DNA from: Diplonema japonicum
Lineage: Eukaryota; Protista; Euglenozoa: Diplonemea
Reading direction: 5' to 3'
Length of the DNA: 64,000 nucleotides
NCBI GenBank assembly: GCA_964019335.1
Contig: OZ025658.1
Location: 372,001 to 436,000 of the forward strand
The position numbers and the translations under genes were made by a program. The notes beneath the pieces are model-generated. The model saw nothing but the letters and a program-made list of their open reading frames with translations. It did not search any database and was not told the origin of the DNA. Position 1 is the first letter of the stretch. Each line of letters begins with the position of its first letter. Below, piece after piece: positions 25,411 through 36,675 of the stretch.

Positions 25411-26131
25411 GGCGCTGCGCACCTGTGTCCCCCTCCTGTCCCTGTTGATGAATGAGAAAAAAGGAAACGGAGAGAAGAATTAAACAAAATAAAAAATTAA
25501 AAAAAACCTTGGATATAAAGCTCTGGAGAAAAAAAAAATTCAGTGTCTGAAAGACTTTCGTCTCACGTAACAAGCTGATTCTGTACGGAACACATATTCA
25601 TAGCGGTCCGTCAGAAAAAGGAAGAAAAAGCGACAGACAAGAGACGCTACGAGTTCGCATCACTTCAAATAGGGAAGATGCGGTGGCATTACGACCGCAC
25701 CACATGAAGCGATTGATGCGTGAGCACGCCGTGTTGCAAAAATACTCAAACATGGTTTTAGTGGAATAGAGGTTAAACAAGAAAGGAACTAGCGGGTGAA
25801 AATAAATATAACCTATAATAAAATAAAAAATACTAGATAGGAGCGGGAAAAAAAGTTTGAAATATGAGTAAATTATGGAACTTTTTCGAAAAACCGATTT
25901 GAAACTTTTTCCGTTTCATATTAAGTTTAAATACGGTGAAATAAAAATTTCAGTGACCCTTTGCAACTAACTGCTTCTGTAGAAGAACAGTTCGTGTGGT
26001 AGTGGTCACTTTTTTCAAGAGAAAAAAAAAAGAGAGAAGTGGAATTAAAGTCGTTTGGAAAACCTGCGCTAGATGCGTTGTATTTCACCAACAGGGAAAA
26101 GAACAAGAAGAAAGTCATGGCTTGAGCCCGT

Positions 26132-28606
26132 TCACACACTGAGAGGCCCTGTAGGATGCATCTCACTAGTGTTATTGAAGGTTGTAAGTCTAGCCCGTTT
26201 CTTGTTGCCTTTGTACCAAAAATAGCCACCAACTAGAACAACGACCACCACCACGTACCCCACCACGGCAATGACGATAAGCGCGGCTTTAGGACCGCTC
26301 CCAGCAGGTGTTGCGGGAGCATCCGTCAAAGGAGCAAGAGTGTTTGGTGCTGGCATCAGCGAAGCCGGTGCTGGTGTTGCTGGCGCTGGTGTTGCTGGTG
26401 CCGGTGTTGCTGGCGCTGGTGTTGCTGGTGCTGGTGTTGCTGGTGCCGGTGTTGCTGGTGCTGGTGTTGCTGGTGCTGGTGTTGCTGGTGCAGGTGTTGC
26501 TGGTGCAGGTGTTGCTGGTGCTGTCGTGTTGGGTGCCTGCGTTGAAGGATTCATAGTAGGGATGCCAGTTTGAGGTGCTGACGTGTTCGGTGCCAGAGTT
26601 GCAGGTATGTCTGTCGGTGCAGTTGTGGTTGGTGCACTTGTGGGCTCAGGGGTGTTTGGTGCGCGTGTTGCAGGCGCGTCTGTGGGAGGCGAGAGTGTTG
26701 GTGAAGCTGTTGGCGCGATGGTGTCAGGCGCTGTAGTAGGCTCCGCAGTGAAGTCCCACAACCTCAACGCATCCAAACCCTCACCTGCGAGGTACAGCAA
26801 ATTATCCACCACTGAAAAACCCCTCCCCCACCGTCTTGTGTAGCTTTCTCCGAGCGTAGGTGCTGAAGGTGTGCTCACATCAACCAACTGGATACCCTCC
26901 ATGTTAGAACTGAATTGAGGCCTGGTGGAAACCACAACCAAGTCACCTGCCATCCCAATATTGTTCTGAAAACTCGACCCCGAGATCAGAACGGATCCCA
27001 CGAGGGTAGGGGTGGATGGGCTGCTCACGTCCACCACGTGCAGACCCTTCGAGTCGGCAATGTAGGCTGCGATGTCATTCACAAACACTACGGGGGACTC
27101 TCCAGGTGTTGCTCCGCTGCCTATCAAGGTTGGGGCGCAAGGGTTTCCAACATTGATGAGGAACAAGTTCCCCCGGGCATCGGTCACGTGGGCGGTGCTC
27201 CCAGACACAAACACGTCGTGCGCAGTGTCAATGGAGTAATTCCCGAGGGGGGTGATGTGTGAGGGCAGGGTCACATCGAACATCAGCAGCCCGTCCACGT
27301 ACGACGCAACATAGGCAACGGTCCCCACAACCTTCATGGAACTGGGGCAGACCTTCTTCGAGGAATAAGGGTACGTGCCAATAAGCTGCACCTTCTTCGG
27401 GTCGCTTACATCGAACACACTCAGAACAAAGTCCGAGCACCCCAGAATGTATACCGTTGTGCCTGTCACCTGCACAGCCGAGACGGCCACTGCAGTGACA
27501 CCGCCCCCTTCGTAGGTACTGACAACCGTAAGGTTTGTGGGGTCACTGATATCCACCACTTGCAAGACATTGTCCTCGTCCGAGACGTAGGCAAAGTTAC
27601 CCGAGACAGCGACGTCCGCGGTGTCACCCCCTGGAGGGTCGTACATCCCCAGAACCGAGGGGTTGGATGGTGTCCTGACGTCGAAGAACTCAATGTCGTT
27701 AGCAGCTACGATGTATGCGGTGTTTTCGGATACGACAACACGGCGCGGGATAGCCGCGGTGGAGGTGGGCCGTTCCGATAGCTCGAGCAACGCTTGGGGG
27801 TGCGTCACATCCAAGATACTGAATTTCCTGTTTCTGTCGGTTATGTATGCGGTGGTGCCATCGACGAACACACTTAACGCACTATGCGGGTACCGTCCCA
27901 CCTGCGCAGGGGCAGAAGGGGTAGCTATGTCGACGATGACGAGGCCATAGTCCGCAGCGGCAACATAGATACGCCCACCGGAGACCTGCATGTCGGTGAC
28001 TTGGATGTCATTAGTCGCAACACCAGTGAACGTGAAGTCCATGGCTCCCAACAGAACAGGGCTCGCAGGGTTGCCAAAGCCAATGATTTCCAGGTGTGTT
28101 TTGTTGAATGCGTACACAGTGGTGCCCTCTGCATCGAAAACGTCTTCATCCCCGTCCCCGGTTAAGTCGTAGGCAGCTAGCACTGTTGGGTTGGTGGGGT
28201 CTGTCGTGTCCACGGCTAGCACAGCATTCACGGCGGAGGTACGGAATGTCCTCACGTACACGATGTTCACAGAGGCAGGGGCACGCACGTTTCTGGAGGG
28301 CATGTCAAGATGGCCCACCACAGTTGTGCCACTCACAACAAACAACCCGTGGCTGTCAGCAAGGAAGGCGGTGGTCCCCACTACGTCCACAGCCTGCGTG
28401 AAAGGCTGGTTGGAGTAATGCACCCTCGCTGACACATACGGTTGGTCGAGCGAGCTCACGTTCACCTTCACCAACCCAGACCGGCCTGCGGCCAGATATG
28501 CAGTCTCCCCTACAATTTTAATTCCATTCATGGTGTTGATGGCGCCTGTGTGCCCCAACAGCGTGATGTCAGCCACCGCCACACACATCGCGACAAGCAA
28601 CATCAT
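26132..28606 (-). CDS. Type I surface protein with LVIVD-repeat beta-propeller, Pro/Thr/Ala stalk and C-terminal TM
   Basis: Signal peptide; repeats such as AYVADxxxGLxIVDVSxPxxP; (TPAPA)n stalk; TM ALIVIAVVGYVVVVVVLVGGYFW. Intronless. Confidence 0.9.
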   Translation of the reverse strand: MMLLVAMCVAVADITLLGHTGAINTMNGIKIVGETAYLAAGRSGLVKVNVSSLDQPYVSARVHYSNQPFTQAVDVVGTTAFLADSHGLFVVSGTTVVGHLDMPSRNVRAPASVNIVYVRTFRTSAVNAVLAVDTTDPTNPTVLAAYDLTGDGDEDVFDAEGTTVYAFNKTHLEIIGFGNPASPVLLGAMDFTFTGVATNDIQVTDMQVSGGRIYVAAADYGLVIVDIATPSAPAQVGRYPHSALSVFVDGTTAYITDRNRKFSILDVTHPQALLELSERPTSTAAIPRRVVVSENTAYIVAANDIEFFDVRTPSNPSVLGMYDPPGGDTADVAVSGNFAYVSDEDNVLQVVDISDPTNLTVVSTYEGGGVTAVAVSAVQVTGTTVYILGCSDFVLSVFDVSDPKKVQLIGTYPYSSKKVCPSSMKVVGTVAYVASYVDGLLMFDVTLPSHITPLGNYSIDTAHDVFVSGSTAHVTDARGNLFLINVGNPCAPTLIGSGATPGESPVVFVNDIAAYIADSKGLHVVDVSSPSTPTLVGSVLISGSSFQNNIGMAGDLVVVSTRPQFSSNMEGIQLVDVSTPSAPTLGESYTRRWGRGFSVVDNLLYLAGEGLDALRLWDFTAEPTTAPDTIAPTASPTLSPPTDAPATRAPNTPEPTSAPTTTAPTDIPATLAPNTSAPQTGIPTMNPSTQAPNTTAPATPAPATPAPATPAPATPAPATPAPATPAPATPAPATPAPATPAPATPAPASLMPAPNTLAPLTDAPATPAGSGPKAALIVIAVVGYVVVVVVLVGGYFWYKGNKKRARLTTFNNTSEMHPTGPLSV
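26364..26523 (-). repeat. 15-bp coding tandem repeat (~10 copies of TPAPA/PATPA)
   Basis: gctggtgttgctggt[gc]c units on the plus strand. Confidence 0.95.
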
Positions 28607-28864
28607 AACGTTTTGTTCTTTTTTTTTTTTTTTTTTTTCCTTCTCCTTTTCCTTGACCTGGAGGCGTTTTTATTTTTACTTTAAAATACAAGCCGAATAT
28701 AATCAAAAAAAAAAGCCTAACTTCTTTTTTCGTATTCATTTACATTTTCTTTTTTTTTTTTGAATGAAGGGGATACAATGGGGGAGGGGGTTTAATAATC
28801 GAGGAACACATTTTTTTATAAGAAAAAAAAGGGGGGAAATCGCTGTATCTAGAGAAAGAAACGG

Positions 28865-29458
28865 TCACACAAACGGTGTGGCAGGAAGCGAGTATGGATC
28901 GGGGAAGTCCAAGGCTTGGTTGGGACGTGAGTCCAGGGGTATTATTTGAGGAGCAGCGGCAACCCATCGCCTGGTGAGCTTGTCGGCGGTGTACCATTTG
29001 TGAGAAGCATCATATGGGGAAGGCGACGGTGTTGGCTTGGTCTTCAAGAGACCCTTTTTGGAAGACATTAATGCCGAGGACTCGGACACAATCCACCCTT
29101 CGTCCCAGTACAGGACTGCCCCGAGGGTAGATTCTTTATAGTATGGATACCCGAGATGCTGGCCTGAGAGTGCGTAAGTACCCGTTATCCTAGGGCGGTC
29201 AGTGGTCACGTTCATGCCGTCCGGCACCACATCTAGTAAAACAGACCCCACGTTCCACCGAATACCATCGACATGCAGCAATACCCAACTAGCTCCTTCT
29301 GTTCTAGCAATAAGTTCGCCGTCTACCGTCACGTACAGCTCTCCTAAATCTTCCTTCATTTGGATACTGCCATCGGTGCTGCCCCACATGCCCTCTATAT
29401 CCCACAACATGCCGTTCAGTCGGGGGTGTATACTACATTGTATGTAAAAATGCGGCAT
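28865..29458 (-). CDS. Hypothetical protein, 197 aa (aromatic-rich, two related beta-type repeats)
   Basis: ATG-initiated ORF preceded by an A-rich leader like neighbouring genes; G.Y...G...G.P.Y....LYW...W pattern. Confidence 0.65.
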   Translation of the reverse strand: MPHFYIQCSIHPRLNGMLWDIEGMWGSTDGSIQMKEDLGELYVTVDGELIARTEGASWVLLHVDGIRWNVGSVLLDVVPDGMNVTTDRPRITGTYALSGQHLGYPYYKESTLGAVLYWDEGWIVSESSALMSSKKGLLKTKPTPSPSPYDASHKWYTADKLTRRWVAAAPQIIPLDSRPNQALDFPDPYSLPATPFV

Positions 29459-29481
29459 TTTTAGGGTGTTGGCATTCTCTT

Positions 29482-29521
<40 letters not shown>

Positions 29522-29594
29522 CAGTTTTTCAGAAGGGAAGAAAATACCAGAAAATTGGAAGAAACTGTCGCCCCCACCCCCACCGCCCCAGGTG

Positions 29595-29625
<31 letters not shown>

Positions 29626-32600
29626 TGAGATAAAGGAGGTTCCTGTTTTGGAACGTCCCCCTTGTCTCTACTTATCTACCCCTTTCTCCCTTCTGGGGCC
29701 TCGGCCTTTCTTTCTTTTTTGGCTGTGTTGCCTTCCTCAAAGTATCCTCCCTTTCTTCTTGCCACTTTCTGCCCAGTTTCTTAAGGTCCTTCTTGGTTTT
29801 CTCTGATGCAAAAACTGGCCTTCTGTTCCATCCCAGACTCTTCTTCGCACCTATGGTTCTAAGCGCGTGGTTCTTCTTGCTCTCCGCTGGGAAGATCCGC
29901 TTGCCTCTGACCTTCTTCTGTGTGCGTGCTGTGTCCCACCCTTCTTGGATTCTTTCCAGGAGGCCGTGGAAACTCCGCGCTTTCTTCTGTATCATGTCTA
30001 GATCACCCTTCTTCCCCGTGATCGGCTCGACGCCCAGCGTGTTCTCGAAGTCTAGTACGAGTTCCATTGTGGTGACTGTCGTCTTCCTCGGTCCATCGTA
30101 CCACTTCAGCTTTTTGAGCCACTTGACGATGTCTTCACCGTGCTTCATCATCAGGCTCCCGCTCACATGCTTCCTCAGCTCCTTCCATTCAGGTGGCGCA
30201 TGAGCGTTTCCTTCCGTTATCTGTTCCCAGGGGTGCGTCGTGTACGTTTCTAGCTTTCTCTTGTCCTGGAGAAGCTGGTCCCGTTTTGCCACCACTTCCA
30301 GCAGGTAGTATTGCGTCTTCCTCAGCCGGTGTTGGTGTGTTCGGTGACCACGCGGGAGCGTTCCATGTAGCTGCATGCAGATTGGCATTTCCGTCTTGTT
30401 GGCCACTACTTCTGCATGTACTTCCTTCTGTTGCACCTCCTTACACTGCATTCCCATAATGCGTGTCGCAGCATGTTGCTCTCGTCCTCCTCCGCATCGC
30501 ACGCGTCGCATGTGACCTCGTCTGTTGTTGGTCTCTTGTTCACACGCTCGTGTGTCTCGTCCCCTTCCTCTTCCGAGCTGTCCTCGCTTTCGCTCTGCTC
30601 GCCCTCTGGGGGTGGTACCCGTCTGGTGATTTTGTCCTGGTACCACGCCTTTGGGTGGGTGTAGAAAACCCCTCCCGCCACGATCCTCCGGAGGTCTCTC
30701 GCTGCCATTGCTCCTTGTGGTCCGAGTCTCATCAGCTCTCGCCACAGGTCGTTCGTGCGTGGGTCTGCGCCCCGGTCTAACCCCTCCATCGAGCGTCTTC
30801 TGTCCTGTATGTGTTCCGCACGTCCCGACCTTAGCTTTTCTCGCACTACATGTGCGAATTTGTCCTTGTTCTCAGCTAGCATTTCGGTGAACTGCCCCCA
30901 GTTTGTGCTGATCTTCGGGAGCCACCGCTTCATCGCGTTGCCTATCGGGCCCAAAGGTGTCGTTCTTGTCGGGTCTTGGTACCCTTTGGCAAGTCTCTGG
31001 CACCGCTCCCACACCTCTCCCAATTTTCGTCTCGTTCTGTATATGGCTGCTAGTGCTCTGTAGGGCGCTGCTACCTCTGGGTCGTGTGTGTGTCCACTGA
31101 ACAGGTTTGACAGCACCGCCGCTGGTGATCTTGTTCTGTACCTCGGTCCCCACAAGGCGTATGTCGCGGTTGATGTGAGCGATTTGAGGTATCCTTCCGA
31201 CGGCGGCGCGAATGCAACATCATACAGACAGCTGGGTAGCACCGTTGTTCGCAGGACTTCCGCTTTCTGCCAGAAAGAGAGCTGAGTGGTCGCGAGCCTC
31301 CGTAGCGTGTCGCCCGCCGCCCTGGCCCTGGTGTTGTCCGTCTGCGTCTGACCATCCGTGCGTATCCTCGCCCCCAGGATCTTGATCTTGTTCGTGGACC
31401 GTAGCTGCCTTCCTGCTACCTCTATCCCTGGTGCCTTCGCTCCTGCTGCGAACACTTCGGACTTCTTCGTGTTGAGCTCCATGCCAACTATGTCGCAGAA
31501 TGCGGATGCACTGTCCGTGGCTTTTTGTAGTACTTCTGCTAGTTTCGCCAACAGGTATGCGTCGTCCGCATACGACAGAGTCTCCGCTCCCGTTCGTTCC
31601 TCCACACTCCTCATCAAGACCGCTAGTAGAGCGTTGATCATGATGATGGAGATCGGGCACCCTTGCAGGATTCCGTTTGTGGTTGTGAACTCCTCGCCTA
31701 CTCCTGTCGCGTATCTGAATCTCCTTCTGAGACCCTTGTACATCCCTTCTAACGCTCTCAGGATACCTTTGTCCATTCCCATCCGTTCCATCAGCTTCAG
31801 CACCAGTTGTTGTGGAACTGTGTCAAAACACTTGGCGAAGTCTAGTGCGACACCCAACAACGGTGTCTTGTCCATCGCTGCTTCCTCTATCCTGGTGCAG
31901 ATGTCCATGAGAACGTCCTCTGTCTGGCCCTAAACCCGTGTTGAGTTTTGTGGATCCAGGATTCTTGCCATTCGAGAATATCACCAAGCCTTGTGCACGC
32001 CCATAATCTGTACACTGCCGACGTGACTGTTATGGGCCGATGCTCGAGTGGTCCTGCGTTCTTGGTCTTCGGGATAAGGGTCACCAGAGCTGTCAACGCC
32101 GACTCCGGCCATTTTCCTGTCTCCTCTACCTCATTGAGGAAAACAGCCCATGCGTCCAATATGGATACTGGTAGCCTTCGTAGCTCTGCCATCCGCCAGC
32201 CGTCTACCCCCGCTGCGCTTCTGGCCGTCTTTTTCTTCAGCACCTGCTTCAGGCGTATCCCAGTGATCGGTGTCCACACCATGTCTCTTTTTTCGATGTA
32301 CGCACCGTACTCCTTCTCGAATGTTGCGTACGCGGGCTGGGGCTTGTCTCTGTATTTCGCAAAGACATGTTCCCAATGTTCCCTCATTGTCCTGTCCAAT
32401 TCCTGCGGGTTTGCAATCGTGTCCTTTTCCATCTCCACAGTTGCTGTCCCCCGCTTGTCCTCGATTCCTTTCGCGCTGTCCACGAGCTCTTTCGTCTCTT
32501 TTCCTTGTTCGACTGAGTCAAGGTAGCTCCTGTGCCTTGCCGTGCGCTGTTCCTTCACCATCTCCCGTTCGCGTCTCTCCACCGCCTCTGACATGATCTC

Positions 32601-34159
32601 TGCATCCGCCACCATGTCCTCGATGTTGGCCTGCGTCGGGTCAATGGGTAGGCACTTCACGCGCGTGTGTTCGAGCTCCCCGTTCAGGTTGTGGATTGTG
32701 TTCACCGTAACCTTACTGAGCTGCCCTCCTCCTCTTTTCTGCAACATGTTGAGCTGCGTCTGAATGGCTCTCAGCCTGCCTCGCATTTTCTCCAGCCGTA
32801 CTTGCATGATCGACGCTGCCCCACACGAGCCAGTTGTTGTTGGTGCACATAGTTGTCTCTGTTGCGGTTGTCTCACCTTGCCGCGGCCCCTATAAGGTGC
32901 CGTGCCGACGGTCTCGTCCCCCAGAAGTATCTTCTCGCTCGCCTCAGCTAGCGCGAGGTACGCCGCCTCCGGGTCTTTTCGCATGTGTTCCCTGAAATTG
33001 CTCTCCTGGAGTGCCTTACTCCCCTCTTCTTCTGCTGGTTCCACGCCTCCTGGGATTTCTCGGGGTATCATGTATCTCTTCACAGTCTGCTGGAATCTCG
33101 CAAGTCTCAGCTCTACCGTCAGAGTCATATGGTCCGCCCCCTTTACATCCCTGCTTGTTCTGCAGCCCTGTAGCGCCTGTGCTGCGAAAGCGTTCAGGAG
33201 GATGTAGTCGATCCTCGATGCACAGTTCTTCCGAGTGAAGGTTGGCATCGGGTCTTCTCCTTTTCCCGCTGCGCATGCTCCTGCCGCATCAGTCCATCCG
33301 TTCATCAGCGCGTGATGAAGCTCATACGATCGTTTCTCGTCCGTGTTGAGGTCGCCTGCCACAATCACGGGGACGTTCCCGAGCTCCATCGCCTTCTTCC
33401 TGAGGACGTGCTGCAAGAGTCGTTCTCGTTGCCTCCTTGGTTCCTCTCCCTCCCCTGCTGGGCAGTACACGGTGATGATGTGCAGCCACATATTTTCCCC
33501 GTCTATGCTGACCCTTGTGTGTTGCCACCTACTGTTGATGTCTTGCTTAGCGTCATCCCTCTCGAGTGCTGTTCCCAGAGCTGTTCGTGGCTCGCGTACA
33601 AAAGTCGCCAGGCCTCCTCGTCTTGCGATATCTATAGATATCAGACCTTCCTTGATCCTTCCCTGTTGCGGGTCTGCCCACATAGGTCTGTATTTTCGCT
33701 TCTTGTTCTTCTCTGTCGCGGATTTCATTGCGTGTGCCACCTCTTTCTGTCCTGCTGCCGTAAGTGCAGTCTCTTGTAGGCAGATCACGTCGACGTCGAG
33801 CTGCATGACGCTTTCCAGCCTGTTCCTCAGAGACGCTACATTTGCAGTTGCGAGATGGAAAACCTGTGTCGGTGGCTTCTTGGTACTGCCTGTTTGTTCA
33901 CCCTCACTACTTAGGACTTTAAGTGTGCGGTTACCAGCCTTCTCATAGGGGGTATGGCGCCCCTGACTCGCCCCCGTCCCAGTGGTCAGGACACCCCTTC
34001 ATTCAGGGCCGGGTAGATTTCCCCGTTGTTGTAGAGTCGAAGTCTGGCCAGGTGCTGTAGCCTTCTTGTTCCGAGTACCAAGTGCCACCTTCAGCAGGTC
34101 CTCCATCTGCACTACCGTGGCCTCCGTCTTGCCCAACCAATCCATCATGTGTAGCGGCG

Positions 34160-34500
34160 CGAGTACAGCGTCGTAGTGCTGGGAATCGTAAGCAACTATA
34201 ATCGTCTGCTTCGCCCCGTCTGGCTTCGTGGCTCGCACCATTCTCTTTTTGTGGAGGATCCAGATACATGTCTGGGTTGCCCATCCTGCCGCTCCGAGGG
34301 TGTAGTAGTCCCCCCACTCTCCGTCATGCTCAATCCTTCTGAGAGAAAGGGAGTGTTTCCTTGCTTCTTTGTAAAACTCCGGGTTCGTCGCGATGTACTC
34401 TGCTGCCTGTGCGCGTACTGCTGGCGTTCCCTGCTCCTCGCGCCCTAGCAATTGCAGCGAACTGGCAATTTCCGTCCCCTTCCACTGGCATGTATCTCAT
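34160..34500 (-). pseudogene. OTU-family cysteine protease domain inside the LINE
   Basis: MRYMPVEGDGNCQFAAIA (catalytic D..C), then after a frameshift VRAQAAEYI...GEWG...IIVAYDSQHYD (catalytic H). Confidence 0.85.
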
Positions 34501-36261
34501 GAGCAGCTGTTCGGCTGTGCTTCGCAGGAGTTGCCTCTCCGTTCCCTCTGTCCTCCCGCCGCCCCTCCATGCTCCTGCGTTTCATCGCCTCACGCACGCG
34601 CGGCATACCTTGCGGCTGCATCCGTCAACCTGGCACCTAAGCTGGTACCGCTTCTTCGGCTGCTGCTTCTCGCAGCCGTCGCACCACCACCTCCCCTGCT
34701 TCTTCTCGCCCTCGTCGCGGTCTGGGTAGATGTGGGCGTGCCTGTCCGTGTCCCTCTCCCTCCGCCTTCGCTCGGTGTCCCTCGCTAGGCTCCGGCTCTT
34801 CGACTTCGACGACGCCCTCGACTTCGTCTTGGCCCTCGAGGTCGTCGTCTCCGCCGCGTATCCTGCCGTGGCCTGTTCCTCGGGCTCCACCGACATCCTC
34901 ACCCCAGACGGGGATCTCATCCTCGGCTTCGGTGATGGTGATCGTGATGCCGATTGTGTGGGGGGTGTCGTCTCCCTTGTTGACTTCCCTCCAACCTTCC
35001 GTTTCTTCTCTGTTGGCTTCCCAGAGAGCTTCTCCAGCATTGCCTTCAGTTCTTGCACTTCCTTTCTGAGAGCTACCACCTCCTGTTCGAGCATCTCTTC
35101 TTTTTTCGTAGGGCCTTGCAGTTGCTGCTGCTCCTTCTGTTGTTGTTCCCGCGTGTGCTGCTTTCCTTGTTGCTGTTGTTTTTCTTGCTGCGGGTGCTGT
35201 TGCTCAGGTGCTACCTTCCCAGCTTCGACCCACGCATTCTGCCCGTGTGTCTTCCCGTATAGCGCCAGGAACTGGCGCTTCGTGTACGTGCGCCCCGCGT
35301 ACTCTTCCGGGTCTGCGGGGTCCGTCCTCTTCTCCTCCTCCTGCTTTCGCACTGCCTTCGGCGGCGGCTTCCCTGCCTCCCACACCTCCGCCGTTCCTCC
35401 CTGCCATTTTATCTCCCCGAAACTTGGGGGTGCCTCCGCCTGCAACACAGCCACTGTGCCCCCCTGCTTCGGGATGGTGCGGATGACCACCGCTTTCCAC
35501 CCTGCTTCTTTGACAACCTCCTCGATGGTGGTTGTGTCCGCGCCCTTCGGGAGACCTCGGATGTCGTAGGTGGTCTTTCTGACAACCCCGAGGCCTTCCT
35601 TCAGGAGGTACTCCTGCACTTCCTCCCTTCTCTCGCTGACCTGCAGGCCCCATCCCTTGCCGTTCAGCGTCAGTGTCGCCGAGGGGGTGATCCGTGTCAT
35701 CACTGCCCCAAGTACGTTTTGTGCCAGCCAGTGCTGCCTTGTGGACATCCACAAGGCCCCCCTTTCCCTCCTCTCGATCTTCCAGGGACCGTCCTCGTTC
35801 CCTAGCGCGGTCCCCCCTGTTCCGGTGCCATCCAGATTAGGAAATCCATGACAGATTCCCCCTTCTTGCCTTCCCTCTCCATGTGTGGCCCTACGTGCAT
35901 TCCCGTCAGGCCCGCCTTGCCGAGAAAAGCCATCACACTCTTTCTCGGGTCTTCCTTCGCCGCTTTCCATGCCTCGTCTCCTGCCGCCCACTCAGCCATG
36001 ATGGCCCTGCAGGCGACCTCCTCCTTTGCGCCCTTCACCGGCGCCTTCTTCCTTTCCCCTCCTTTCCCGCTGGCCGCCTCCCTTGGCGCCACCAGCCGCT
36101 GCACCGTCACCGTCCCGCCACTCACCTTCTTCCCCACCCTCTCCGCCCAGTTTGGGCCCTGCCCGTCCCGGCGCGTCTGCACCGAGCTTTGCTCGGTCCC
36201 AGGGGCACCGCTTGGAGGTGCGCCGGGTTTGCTTGCTGATTGCTCTGATTGATGTTCGCTC

Positions 36262-36301
36262 ATGTTAGTTCCGCCCCCTGGATGTTAGTTCCGCCCCCTG
36301 G
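36262..36301 (-). repeat. Two perfect 20-bp tandem units at the LINE 5' end (CCAGGGGGCGGAACTAACAT), abutting the ORF1 ATG
   Basis: Plus strand atgttagttccgccccctgg occurs twice, at 36262-36281 and 36282-36301. Confidence 0.95.
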
Positions 36302-36330
36302 AAAAAAAAAAGAGAATTTTTGTTCCCTTT

Positions 36331-36564
36331 CTATGTTTTATTGATCAATTGTTTCCCTTTGTGTAAAGGAGGGATCTCCATTGAGTCAAGTGGCTTTGGG
36401 GACTTTATCTCGGATTTCCCCACCTTCGCGCCTTTCACTTTTGTGGTCACCACGATCTGCTTATTTGTTGTGATTATTATCTTATCTCTTCATACGTCAC
36501 CGTGGTCAAAGAGCCCGATCATGTCCCACTGTTTGAACAAGTTGAAAACGAACGAATTTGGCAT
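36331..36564 (-). CDS. Small hypothetical protein, ~64 aa (intron 36457-36495); may have an upstream exon
   Basis: MPNSFVFNLFKQWDMIGLFDHGD|IVVTTKVKGAKVGKSEIK...NKT*, joined by a typical GTATGA...AAGCAG A-rich intron. Confidence 0.5.
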
Positions 36565-36675
36565 CTCCTTATTGTTCCTCCACGCTTCCTATATCAGCAT
36601 CTTTTTCTTTTTTGCTATCCTGGACACAATGCATTATTACACACAGAAAGAGGTGGGGGAGGGGGAGGGGGGGAT

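Larger units (their letters stand above)
29626..36301 (-). mobile_element. Full-length non-LTR retrotransposon (ORF1-like region, Cys-finger, OTU protease, APE endonuclease, RT, CCHC finger, C-terminal domain), disrupted
   Basis: APE motifs ICLQET, GDLN, SRIDYILL, ADH; RT motifs RPITV, GILQGCPIS, YADD; C-terminal CDAC...H..WEC. 14-bp TSD aaaaaaaaaagaga at 29612-29625 and 36302-36315. Frameshifts near 35815, 34440, 31925 and 30440; in-frame TGA at 34582 and 33999. Confidence 0.93.

Noticed and set aside
34000-34045. 2A-like peptide before the APE domain (RGNLPGP)
   Set aside because: It does not match the DxExNPGP consensus.
33999-34584. Alternative genetic code or programmed TGA read-through suggested by two in-frame TGAs in the LINE
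   Set aside because: Host genes use TGA as a normal stop, and this copy also has four frameshifts, so decay or assembly error is simpler. A consensus from other copies is needed.
36262-36301. AACTAAC as a spliced-leader remnant, or the 20-bp repeat as a CRISPR/telomere repeat
   Set aside because: Only 7 nt match the kinetoplastid SL start; there are two units with no spacers; the context is eukaryotic.
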